Assembly: GCA_027491735.1 (NCBI GenBank)
Contig: JAOZGP010000004.1
Span: 30,396-94,395 of the forward strand
Length of the DNA: 64,000 nucleotides
Direction of reading: 5' to 3'
Origin: Thermoproteota archaeon
Lineage (GTDB): Archaea > Korarchaeota > Korarchaeia > Korarchaeales > Korarchaeaceae
The translations under genes and the position numbers were made by a program. Of this stretch, positions 29,621 to 38,707 are shown piece by piece. Under the pieces are notes generated by a model. The model searched no databases and was not told the DNA's origin. It saw only the letters and a program-made list of their open reading frames with translations. Each line of letters begins with the position of its first letter. Position 1 is the first letter of the stretch.

Positions 29621-30501
29621 CCTCTCACCCTGCCCATTGAGATCGCCCTAGCGGATAGCTTCTCCTTGCAATCTGGGCATATTTTCTGGGAGTTTGCTCT
29701 TTCTATTTCCTTTGATGTGGCAAAAGGTCTGCCGCAAAGTTCGCATCTGACCAGCTTCATCTCAGGACCCTTCGACCACTCTTCCAAGAGCTGCTTGACC
29801 GTCATTCCTCCCAGCTTCAGGGCCTCAACCTTGTTCTCCTTGCAGACATCGACACACTTCCCACAACCAACACATTTCGAGGCGCTCAGATAGATAATTC
29901 GGAGGTCCTTCGAGTCCTCGAACCTAAGAGCCCCTTCAGGACATGCCTCGGCACATGCACCACACCCAATGCACTCCTCCGAGAAGAGCGGTATCTCGAA
30001 CCCGGGCACAGGCACTAGCCTGACTTCCTTCACCATCTTAGCTATGGACCTAAGGGATTCCGCGAAGTTCTCCTTCTTCTTCGGCACCCTCAGTACAGGT
30101 TTTCTGTCAAGCGGAGGAAGCCTGTTCAACCTGGAGGACATCTCTTCTGCTGCAGCAACAAACTTATGCGGTTCGGAAGCTGCCATGAAGAACATCTCGA
30201 CCCTGTCCGGCTCGACCCCAATCGCGTCCAGAAGCTGCTTGAGGAACTCAACCCTCTCCTCTGCTTTGAGGTTTCCGTCCACATAATGACATTCTCCCTT
30301 TCTGCAACCAGCTACAAAGACAGCATCAGCTCCTTTGGCCAGCGCATAGAGGATCCACGCCGGATCAACGGTCCCCGAACAGGGAATCCTTACTATCAGG
30401 ACGTTAGCTGGATGCTTCCTATGAGTGCTGCCGGCCAGGTCGGCGGCAGCATAGGCGCACTCATTACAGCAGAAACCAACCACAAGCCTCTCATCAGCCA
30501 C
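29617..30501 (-). CDS. mvhD: MvhD/FlpD [2Fe-2S] subunit fused to 2x[4Fe-4S] ferredoxin and CxxC..CxxC domain
   Basis: FCCNECAYAAAD, RIPCSG, GCRKGECHY; CIGCGACAEAC, CVGCGKCVDVC; CELC..CPDC. Confidence 0.88.
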   Translation of the reverse strand: MADERLVVGFCCNECAYAAADLAGSTHRKHPANVLIVRIPCSGTVDPAWILYALAKGADAVFVAGCRKGECHYVDGNLKAEERVEFLKQLLDAIGVEPDRVEMFFMAASEPHKFVAAAEEMSSRLNRLPPLDRKPVLRVPKKKENFAESLRSIAKMVKEVRLVPVPGFEIPLFSEECIGCGACAEACPEGALRFEDSKDLRIIYLSASKCVGCGKCVDVCKENKVEALKLGGMTVKQLLEEWSKGPEMKLVRCELCGRPFATSKEIERANSQKICPDCKEKLSARAISMGRVRG

Positions 30502-32464
30502 TCAACACACCCCCTAGCAGACCCTCTATCTGATTGAATATCTGATCCTCCGTGTACACCTTCCTGCTTATGGCCCCAACTGGACAGACTGCCTGGCATA
30601 TACCACACCCCGCACAGGCAGCTGGCAATATCTTGGCCTTTCCGTTCTCCTCAACTATAGCATTGAAGGGACACTGATCCTTGCAGGCCATGCATCCAAT
30701 GCAGAGTTCCTCATCCACGAAGGCTTTTTCACCACTGATCTTGATCTTCCCCTTCATCAGGATTGTGGCCGCCTCGCTTGCAGCAGCCTTGGCCTGTGCA
30801 ACGGAGTCGGGTATGTCCTTAGGTCCTTGAGCAGCTCCACATATGAAGATCCCGGGGACTGACGTCTGGACTGGTTTGAGCTTCGCATGGAGCTCCTGGA
30901 GGAAGCCATAGGGGTCCTTTGGTATGTTGAACACCTCCCTTATGGTCTTAGTCCCTTCAGAGGGGGACACACCAGCAGCTAGGACCACTAGATCGGCCTT
31001 TATCTCCAGCTTCCTGCTAAGAGTCTGATCGAACACTTCGACCGCCAGGTGATCTCCCTCCCTTCTCACCTCTCCAGGCTTTCCTCTGATGAACATCACT
31101 CCCTCCTCCCTCACTCTGGAGTATAGCTCCTCAAACCCCTTCTTTGGGGTTCTCATATCTATGTAACATATGTACACCTTGGTATCGGGGTACTCGGATC
31201 TTATTATCTCCGCATGTTTTAATGATATCATGCAGCAGACATTCGAGCAGTAGGGGTTGTTGTTCACATCCCTGCTCCCTGCACACTGTATGAAAACGAC
31301 GCTTCTTGGAATTTTTCCATCGGAGGGCCTCTTTAGGTGTCCTGAAGTCGGTCCGTTGACGTTTATCAGAGATTCTAGCTGAAGCTGTGTTATAACATCA
31401 GCGTACTTCCCATATCCATAGTTCTTTAAATTTGATGCATTGTACTCGTCAATCCCCGTGGCTATCACGACCGCACCCACCCTGAGCTCAAACTCCTCCG
31501 GATTCTCGTTCAGGTTTATCGCCTCGACGGGGCATCTCCTGGCACATTCGCCACACTTCCCACTTTTTATGTATAGGCAGGATTCCGGATCTATCACATA
31601 GGCCCTCGGAGCCGCCTGAGGAAAGGGTATATAGGCAGCCTTCCTCCTACCCAATCCCATCTGCCACTCGTTGATAGTTTCCACCGGACACACCCTCTCG
31701 CAGGTGGCGCAGGATATGCACTTCTCCGGATCCACATATCTCGGTTTCTTCCTGACTTTCAATGTGAAGTTTCCTATGGACCCTGACGCCTCAACAACCT
31801 CGCTCATCGTGTGGACCTCTATCAACGGATGGTCCAGAACCTCAGCCATCAGAGGAGTTAGTATGCAGAGGGAGCAGTCCCCTGTTGGGAAGACCCTATC
31901 AAAGAGAGCCATCTTTCCCCCGAGGGTTGGGTTTTTCTCTAGAAGATGGACCTTTATCCCCTTGTTGGCCAGATCCAGGGCAGCTGTTATCCCAGCTATA
32001 CCCCCTCCGATGACCGCAGCCTCGTTCACCACTTCGGCCTCGCTCTCATATATGGGTTCGGCAGCGGCAACCTTATGAACTCCCGCTAGCACGTACCTTA
32101 TCGCCTTGTTCGTCGCCTCCTCCGGATTCTCAGTTGACCAGGAGACCTGTTCCCTCAGGTTTACCTGCTCCATATATCCCGGATTGAGCCCTGCCTCAGC
32201 TACAACCCTCCTAAAGAGGCCTTCATGGAGCTTGGGGCTACATGCAGCCACAACAACTCTGTTTATCTTTCCACTCTTTATGTCCTTCCTTATGAGCTCC
32301 TGTCCCATCTTGCTACACATGAAAAAGTAATCCCTGGATATCGCCACTAAGGGATTCTTCGCCACCTCCTTGGCGACCTTCTTGACGTCAACCTTCCCAG
32401 CTATGTTCTTGCCACAGTGGCAGACGTATACACCAACCCTTATATCATCCGACGTATAGATCAC
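30494..32464 (-). CDS. hdrA: Heterodisulfide reductase subunit A
   Basis: VYVCHCGKNI, AACSP, GGGIAG, DCSLCIL, QCAGSRD..YCSNVCC, GPKDIP, C-terminal ferredoxin. Confidence 0.96.
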   Translation of the reverse strand: MIYTSDDIRVGVYVCHCGKNIAGKVDVKKVAKEVAKNPLVAISRDYFFMCSKMGQELIRKDIKSGKINRVVVAACSPKLHEGLFRRVVAEAGLNPGYMEQVNLREQVSWSTENPEEATNKAIRYVLAGVHKVAAAEPIYESEAEVVNEAAVIGGGIAGITAALDLANKGIKVHLLEKNPTLGGKMALFDRVFPTGDCSLCILTPLMAEVLDHPLIEVHTMSEVVEASGSIGNFTLKVRKKPRYVDPEKCISCATCERVCPVETINEWQMGLGRRKAAYIPFPQAAPRAYVIDPESCLYIKSGKCGECARRCPVEAINLNENPEEFELRVGAVVIATGIDEYNASNLKNYGYGKYADVITQLQLESLINVNGPTSGHLKRPSDGKIPRSVVFIQCAGSRDVNNNPYCSNVCCMISLKHAEIIRSEYPDTKVYICYIDMRTPKKGFEELYSRVREEGVMFIRGKPGEVRREGDHLAVEVFDQTLSRKLEIKADLVVLAAGVSPSEGTKTIREVFNIPKDPYGFLQELHAKLKPVQTSVPGIFICGAAQGPKDIPDSVAQAKAAASEAATILMKGKIKISGEKAFVDEELCIGCMACKDQCPFNAIVEENGKAKILPAACAGCGICQAVCPVGAISRKVYTEDQIFNQIEGLLGGVLSG

Positions 32465-33273
32465 CTCCTCAGAAAATAGCTAAAAATCTCAGAAAAAGCT
32501 TCGTTCATGGCGATAACACCAGGGGAGTTTTCGGGGTATATATCGACTCCTCTCCCCTCCATCTCGCTCAAGAAGAAGCTATCGTCGTAGGGGATGAAGA
32601 ACGCCCCAACATCCCTCTTGCCGCACTCATCGAGCACCTTCCTTCTGATCATCCCAAGCTTATCGGGAGGAACCTTGTTCACAAGAAGATCTATCCTCTC
32701 TATGCCCAGGTTTTTCCCCATCTCTATCAGCCTAAACGAGATGTCGAGGGACTTCACTGTTGGTTCCGAGACACAGATCATGTGATCGAAGTTCTCAGCT
32801 AGACCCCTTCCAAAGACCTCTGCTCCGGCCTCCGAGTCCACCACAACGGCTTCCCTCTCATCCATCATGACGTGTTTGAGGAAGGCTCTCGCCAAAGCTA
32901 TTGCTGGACAGAGACATCCCTCTTTAGCCGCGTCTATGCTGCCAACAACGACCAGTCTTAGGTTGTCCCTCACCCTAAGGCCGAACTTCTCTATTATGTC
33001 ATCCACCTGAGGATTGAGTCTGAAGAAGATTCCCCACGCCTCTCCAGGCTTTGCTCCAGTTCGTTTAGCGATGAACTCATTGTTCTTGGTAAGAGGAATT
33101 ATCTTGAGGGCTTTATCTCTCGGCACACCAAGGGCTTGGGCCAGATTAGGGACTGAATCTGTGTCAAGAGCTAAAACCTTGAGACCTCTTAAGCTCAAGA
33201 AAAAAGAGAGGAGAGCAGATGTGGTAGTCTTCCCTGTCCCTCCCTTTCCAGCCACGAGCACCTTTAACGGCAC
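32461..33273 (-). CDS. cooC: CODH nickel-insertion ATPase
   Basis: GKGGTGKT, GCLCP, DSEAGAE. Confidence 0.92.
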   Translation of the reverse strand: MPLKVLVAGKGGTGKTTTSALLSFFLSLRGLKVLALDTDSVPNLAQALGVPRDKALKIIPLTKNNEFIAKRTGAKPGEAWGIFFRLNPQVDDIIEKFGLRVRDNLRLVVVGSIDAAKEGCLCPAIALARAFLKHVMMDEREAVVVDSEAGAEVFGRGLAENFDHMICVSEPTVKSLDISFRLIEMGKNLGIERIDLLVNKVPPDKLGMIRRKVLDECGKRDVGAFFIPYDDSFFLSEMEGRGVDIYPENSPGVIAMNEAFSEIFSYFLRR

Positions 33274-33279
33274 CTATAC

Positions 33280-35208
33280 TCACTCCGGCCATCCGAGCTT
33301 CTTCCTCTTCTCCTTTATCACTTGGATCATCGTCTGAGCCGCCTTTATCGGATCGGGTTCGACGTAGAACTTTCCTCCTACCAGGTCCTCAGCCTTATCG
33401 GTCAGGATCTCGACTACCCCCTTGCTGCCCAAGACAGGAGGCACCGTTCCTAGGTGTGTAAACACGCCAGAGGAGACGAAGTAGGTTCCTATGGAGACAG
33501 CCTTCTCGCTCATCCACTCCGGAGCAGAGCCCACAGCAGGAAGGTCTGATATATCCACGCCCAGGTGGTCCGCCAGTGCCGCCAGAGCTATCAACATTCT
33601 GGAGCAGTCAACGCAGCTTCCCATATGAAGGGCAGGCGGTATTCCCAGGGATTTACATATCTCCTTCAGTCCGGGACCCGCTAGTTCAGCTGCCTCTGGT
33701 TTGAAGAGCCCGTGCTTCGACATGGCGATGGCCCAGCATCCGGTTCCGACGACTAAGATGTCGTTCTTTATCAGCTCCTTCGTCAGGGTCACATGGCTGT
33801 AATCGTGCCTGACTTTGGGGTTCACGCAGCCCACTATCCCAGCCACTCCCTTTATCTTTCCTGACTTGAGAGCCTCAGCCAATGGATCCAAGGTTCCTCC
33901 AAGGGCCTCCAATATCGCCTCCACGCTGAAACCAGCGACAAGCTCCATTTTCTCCTTGGGTATGAAAACCCTCTCCTTGACCCTGTTGGGGAAGTTCTCC
34001 ACAGCAACCCTAACTATCTTCTTAGCTGTCTCCAACGCGTTCTCTTTGTCGAACTCTATGTGTATAGCTCCTGGCATGTGAGCCTTCGGCTCAGTGGTTA
34101 TCACCTTGGTGTGGTAGCAGGACGCCACGTTAGCTATCGCTGGCATTATGCACTGGTAGTCCACTATGACCGCCTCCACAGCACCTGTTATTATGGCGAG
34201 CTCCTGCTGTAACATGTTCCCGGCTATAGGTATTCCATACCTCATCAGGACCTCGTTGCCGGTACAGCACATCCCAACAACGTTTATCCCTCCAGAAGCT
34301 CCGGCCTTCTTCGCCAGCTCGAGAAGTTCCGGATCCCTTGCAGCTTCGACCACCTTGGAGGAGAGTATGGGGTTGTGGCCGTGGACAACTATGTTTACAG
34401 CATCCTCTCTGAGAACTCCCAGGTTCGCAATGCTCTTGACGGGTTTTGGTGTGCCGAGAAGTATATCGCTCAGCAGGGTGGCCATGAGAGATCCTCCCCA
34501 CCCATCTCCTAGGGAGGCCCTTATTCCCTGAGCTATCAGGCTCAACGGATCCGCGTCGACACCCATATGAGTTCTGTGCATTATCTCGACAACCTCCCTG
34601 TCTATAGCTCTGGGCATGACTCCTACCTTCTCCCAGATCTTTCTTCTCTTCTCCGGAGCGTACCCCTCAACCAGTTTGAGGGGTTCCTCGCCGGGCTTCC
34701 CGAACTCCATCAGAAGGACCTCAGCAACCTCCTTAGCTACATCGTTCAGCTCTTTTCCTTCAACGTCAACGCCCAGCCTCTTGGCTAGATCCATCAACTT
34801 GGCCTCATCGGTTATCTTGTAATCCTTAGCCCTTCCCTCAGGTATTGCCGCCAGAACTTCAGCTATATCCCTTGCATGATCGCTGTGAGCCGCAGCTCCA
34901 GCAGCTATCATCCTGATAAGGTTCCTGGCAACTATAGTGTCAGCGGTAGCTCCACAGACGCCCTTTTGCGGACCATATCCGAAGGGATCTATCCTGCATG
35001 GACCCATGTTGCAGTTCCTGCAGCACACCCCTAGCTGGCCGAAACCGCATTGAGGTTGTTGCGCTAAGAACCTATGCCATGCGGTCTCCACTCCGTCCTT
35101 CTCTGCCTTCTCGAGAAGCTGCTCAACTGTTGAATCCATGGACACGCTCCTATAGAACTCCTTCCGGGAGGCTTTCATAAGCCTCTCATAAATTCTCTCC
35201 TCAGGCAT
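33280..35208 (-). CDS. cooS: Anaerobic Ni,Fe carbon monoxide dehydrogenase catalytic subunit
   Basis: QPQCGFG..GVCCRNCNMGPC..GVCG; AAHSDH; HGHNP, CCTGNE, DYQC, GCVN, GCW, GSCVDC; EKA. Confidence 0.97.
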   Translation of the reverse strand: MPEERIYERLMKASRKEFYRSVSMDSTVEQLLEKAEKDGVETAWHRFLAQQPQCGFGQLGVCCRNCNMGPCRIDPFGYGPQKGVCGATADTIVARNLIRMIAAGAAAHSDHARDIAEVLAAIPEGRAKDYKITDEAKLMDLAKRLGVDVEGKELNDVAKEVAEVLLMEFGKPGEEPLKLVEGYAPEKRRKIWEKVGVMPRAIDREVVEIMHRTHMGVDADPLSLIAQGIRASLGDGWGGSLMATLLSDILLGTPKPVKSIANLGVLREDAVNIVVHGHNPILSSKVVEAARDPELLELAKKAGASGGINVVGMCCTGNEVLMRYGIPIAGNMLQQELAIITGAVEAVIVDYQCIMPAIANVASCYHTKVITTEPKAHMPGAIHIEFDKENALETAKKIVRVAVENFPNRVKERVFIPKEKMELVAGFSVEAILEALGGTLDPLAEALKSGKIKGVAGIVGCVNPKVRHDYSHVTLTKELIKNDILVVGTGCWAIAMSKHGLFKPEAAELAGPGLKEICKSLGIPPALHMGSCVDCSRMLIALAALADHLGVDISDLPAVGSAPEWMSEKAVSIGTYFVSSGVFTHLGTVPPVLGSKGVVEILTDKAEDLVGGKFYVEPDPIKAAQTMIQVIKEKRKKLGWPE

Positions 35209-35823
35209 CTACACCCACCACCCCACAGGTTTGTACATCTCCTTAACTTTAGAAATCGGGGATTCTGGAGCCTCCTTTTCAATCCTCGCATAGACCACTC
35301 CAGCCTCCTGTACTCCCAGTATCATCTCCAAGGCTTTCTTTCTCTTCTCTTCATAGAGAAGGTCCTCCGCTCTACCAAACCTAAGGGCGCCCGTTGGACA
35401 TGCCTCCACGCATGCCGGAGGAAGCCCCCTTCTCATCCTCTCAATGCAGTGATCGCACTTGATTACTTTAAGCGTGGAGTCATAGGAGGGATGGCCGAAG
35501 GGACACGCCAGGAGACATGTCCTGCATCCTATGCACTTCTCCCTGTCTGCGACAACGAAGCCTTCCTCGGTCCTATGCATGGCTCCTGTAGGACAAGCCT
35601 GCTCACATGGAGCGGGATCGCAATGCATGCACCTCATGGGAACGAGGAGTCTGTCAGCCACAACAACTCTGGTTCTTGGGCGAGGAAGAGGTTCTTCAAA
35701 GATTGCTCCAAACAGGTCACGGGAGTCGGAGTGTTCAACAGCGCAGGCTATTTCACAGCTTCTACATCCGACGCATTTAGAGGGGTCCACGTATATCAGG
35801 TACTCGGGCTGAGTTAAAGTCAC
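35209..35823 (-). CDS. cooF: CooF-type 4x[4Fe-4S] electron transfer protein
   Basis: CVGCRSCEIAC, CMHC..PCEQACP, CIGCRTCLLACP, KCDHC..PACVEACP. Confidence 0.92.
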   Translation of the reverse strand: MTLTQPEYLIYVDPSKCVGCRSCEIACAVEHSDSRDLFGAIFEEPLPRPRTRVVVADRLLVPMRCMHCDPAPCEQACPTGAMHRTEEGFVVADREKCIGCRTCLLACPFGHPSYDSTLKVIKCDHCIERMRRGLPPACVEACPTGALRFGRAEDLLYEEKRKKALEMILGVQEAGVVYARIEKEAPESPISKVKEMYKPVGWWV

Positions 35824-35861
35824 AGCTCCCAGATCTCTTCACCCCAAAAAATTCTCACCGT

Positions 35862-37040
35862 TTACGTATAATTATTTCGTTTTTCAACGAAAGAAGGAAT
35901 TGAAGTCCCGTTTTTCTTCTGGGAAATTTTTAAATTTTTACTTAAAATCGATGATTTAGCAATTTTATATCTCTTTATAAGCTCCAAACACTCAGGAGTT
36001 GGGGTGCATCCTCCCCTGTCTGAACCACCTTTCCTGGACATGAATAGGTTAATCCCCAAAATCTTTTCAATAGATCTTACTCTCTTGTATATCGAGGCTG
36101 GTGATGTGTTAAGAGCTCTAGCAAGTCTGCTAAAGCTTCCTAGATCAGCTAATGCCGATAAAATTTCCAGATCATCCTCGTATATGCGTCTGCCGTCCTT
36201 GGTCACGAGGACCAAGGAGGCTGAGAAGGAGTACTTCGTTGATCGACTTATCTTGCTGCAGTTCAGCCGCACGATGCCTGCTATCTCGAGGGGTGAGTAG
36301 AGCATGTTGAGGGTTCCCTCCACAGGGCATTTCCCTACATATCCCGCCGAGTCCAGGAACACCATGCCGCAGTTCAACTTACAGTAGGGGCCGTCCAGGA
36401 CATATATTGGAAAATCTCTTCTGAAAGTGACCCGAACCATGTAGACGTCCATGAACTTTCTGAATGGCTCAGAGACCTCAAACCCCTGTCTCTCCATGAT
36501 GGCCACAGCGCTAGTGGAGCAGACCGTTGGAGGACAGAATATGGGCGGGGAGATCCACATCTGAACCCCCTTCTCCCTGATTAGATCTATACAGGTGAGA
36601 AGTTCCCTCTCATTTGTGTTTTGAGTGATAAACAGGGCTACTTTTACGTTTGCTCCTCTGGAGAGAAGGTATCTCATCATCTTCCTTGCCCCGGAGATGT
36701 CCGAGTGTGTGTAAGAAAAGAGAAAAATCTCATCCGGTATGAGCAGGCTTCTCCATCCTTCCTCCTCGGAGCCGGTTGAGGATGGAGTGAATACCCTGAG
36801 AGGGAGTCTTCTCTCCTTAACAGACATCATAAGATCCGTAACACCTGGATGGAGGAGCGGGTCCGGACATATGAAGCAAACCTCCGGTCTGTACCCGGAG
36901 CCTATCATGGCGTCCAACACGAGCTCGAGCTTATCTTTCTTGAGGTATGTGCGCTCTCCAGACTTGGTTTCTCTCCACGGGCACTGGGAGCAGGACGCAT
37001 CGCACCCCCTCACAGGTCGAACTATGAGTACGGGCTTCAT
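35862..37040 (-). CDS. Degenerate radical SAM-like Fe-S domain fused to C-terminal LysR/ModE-type HTH (CorR-like regulator)
   Basis: CDASCSQC; ICPDPLLHP; C..NC...D..G.V.KCP; GSFSRLARALNTSPASIYKRVRSIEKILGINLF..RKGG..RGG. Confidence 0.8.
   Translation of the reverse strand: MKPVLIVRPVRGCDASCSQCPWRETKSGERTYLKKDKLELVLDAMIGSGYRPEVCFICPDPLLHPGVTDLMMSVKERRLPLRVFTPSSTGSEEEGWRSLLIPDEIFLFSYTHSDISGARKMMRYLLSRGANVKVALFITQNTNERELLTCIDLIREKGVQMWISPPIFCPPTVCSTSAVAIMERQGFEVSEPFRKFMDVYMVRVTFRRDFPIYVLDGPYCKLNCGMVFLDSAGYVGKCPVEGTLNMLYSPLEIAGIVRLNCSKISRSTKYSFSASLVLVTKDGRRIYEDDLEILSALADLGSFSRLARALNTSPASIYKRVRSIEKILGINLFMSRKGGSDRGGCTPTPECLELIKRYKIAKSSILSKNLKISQKKNGTSIPSFVEKRNNYT
35867..35924 (-). promoter_or_regulatory. 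Candidate cooF promoter/operator inside 3' end of upstream regulator ORF
   Basis: TATA-like TAATTATA; TTTCGTT-N4-AACGAAA at 35875-35892; CGTTTTTC at 35878 and 35909. Confidence 0.45.
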
Positions 37041-37591
37041 GGAATCGCCTCCATCACCTCGGCCCTGAACTCACATAGGCCATCGCCAGCTGCCTGACAG
37101 CTCACCTCCTCCATGGGTCCTATTCTCACCCTGAGTATATCCTCGACCAGTGCTGCCAAGATGCCGGCCACGAACCTGCAGACCGGCTCCTTGGACTTCC
37201 TTCTCCTGGCCTCAAAGGAGTTGGAGACGGAGATCCTAACGAAGTTGTCCTCAATTTCTATCTTCTCTATCCTGCCGAACCCCAAGGTCTCAAATATGGA
37301 TGCAGCTATCCCGAAGAGCTCGTCCTTCTCGAATCTCTCTCTCATGGGAACTATTCCCTTCTCGTTGTGGGCCTTCATGAGCCTGTAGGCTGAGTAGTAT
37401 AGGACAGGGCCTATGGCCTTACTGCCAGCCACAACCGAGATTCCAGCCATGAAGTCGGCCCACCACTTGGTGGACATGATGAACACGTCCGGCAGAATTG
37501 CCCTGCCGAAAAGGGGTATATCAACCTCGACCCTTATACTTCCCTGATCGTTCTGGATCTTCCTGATGTTCTTCATCATCGGTAAAATCAA
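37037..37591 (-). CDS. V4R domain protein (CorQ-like)
   Basis: GFGR, NSFEA..PVCRFVAGIL, EVSCQAAGDGLCEF. Confidence 0.85.
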   Translation of the reverse strand: MILPMMKNIRKIQNDQGSIRVEVDIPLFGRAILPDVFIMSTKWWADFMAGISVVAGSKAIGPVLYYSAYRLMKAHNEKGIVPMRERFEKDELFGIAASIFETLGFGRIEKIEIEDNFVRISVSNSFEARRRKSKEPVCRFVAGILAALVEDILRVRIGPMEEVSCQAAGDGLCEFRAEVMEAIP

Positions 37592-37682
37592 GCTGGAAGA
37601 ACCTTAATAATAATCGTCTTCATCTTGATCAGCGGTGAGTTTTTAACAGATCTTTGTAGTTTATGGAAATAGACTCATACTA

Positions 37683-37870
37683 ATGGGATCGCTGCTCCCT
37701 TCAGAGGACCTAAGCACCGGGAGTGTTTGGACCTCGGGCAGTGATCTACCTTTGGTTGTTCTCCTGCGGCGGATCTTACAAGTTCCAGTAATCTCGGGAG
37801 TTTCGGCCTTCATTAGGTGAGGTCCTGAATCCGAAGAGTGATCTTCTCAATTTCTGTTGTTGGAAGACAT
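37683..37870 (+). pseudogene. Possible minimal nucleotidyltransferase remnant
   Basis: GSVWTSGSDLPLVVL resembles GS..SDxDLxV; early stop. Confidence 0.25.
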
Positions 37871-37947
37871 TGCCCGATCCACATGGCTGCTTTATCCAAC
37901 TCGTTGGAGCTTCTGGTGTTGATAGAATGAGAGCATCGAACCGAGGC

Positions 37948-38601
37948 CTATTCCACGATCTCAAGCTGAATATCAGGGATAAGCTTCCTCAGATGATCTC
38001 TCTCCTCCTCTCCGAACATCCACCAGGGGGTTATCACTTCTTTAGAGACAATGGCTGCTCTTTTATCGTCAGCATTCCCGAGGACCTCAATCAGCCCATT
38101 AAAGGCTTCATATACGGTCAAAACTGTTGGAAGGAGGGTCTCTTCCCTAGCCCTCTTCGGATGCTCCAGGGCTCCTATCGAGGCATATGTGAGATCTTTG
38201 AAGGGAATAAGCTCCATGCAAAGCTCCTCTGGGGAGCTCCTCTTTGACCAGCTTCTTTCTTTGTAGTCTTTCAGGATTGAGATGAGATCGTCCTCGATCC
38301 TAGATGGCTCTCCCCTCGCCTTCACCTTGATCCTGTCCAAGCGGCCAGACAGTCCCTTGAAGCACTGCACCATCAGGCTCTCCACCATGATGATCCTACT
38401 GAAAGCACAGGATAGCCTCAGCACGAACATCCATTCAGGCCTTAGCCTATGTCTAAGGGAAACAAGCTTATAACTGAGGATCATCGCGACCTTCTCATAA
38501 CGGATCAGTAGGTGTATCCTCTCAGAATCAGTGCTATGATTGAGTATCTTGCAGGAGGGAAGTAGCTTTTCGAGGAAGGATCTCACCGAGCGCATCCACA
38601 A
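37948..38601 (-). CDS. Hypothetical protein, paralog of 19694..20338
   Basis: 217-aa ORF with shared motifs. Confidence 0.7.
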   Translation of the reverse strand: MWMRSVRSFLEKLLPSCKILNHSTDSERIHLLIRYEKVAMILSYKLVSLRHRLRPEWMFVLRLSCAFSRIIMVESLMVQCFKGLSGRLDRIKVKARGEPSRIEDDLISILKDYKERSWSKRSSPEELCMELIPFKDLTYASIGALEHPKRAREETLLPTVLTVYEAFNGLIEVLGNADDKRAAIVSKEVITPWWMFGEEERDHLRKLIPDIQLEIVE

Positions 38602-38707
38602 ACGCGCTGGTTGAAGCTTATAGCCCTAACGCATTTTTTATTTCACAAAATATAAATAATGTAGATCCCTAAAAGCGCGGTGCAGGGCAAAAACAAAAAA
38701 GAGGAGA

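Noticed and set aside
28387-32464. Evidence of methanogenesis or sulfur-oxidising sHdr
   Set aside because: No mcr/mtr in window; gene set is HdrABC-MvhD type without lbpA or the C1B1A-hyp-C2B2 order; selenocysteine not indicated since ORFs are open with Cys
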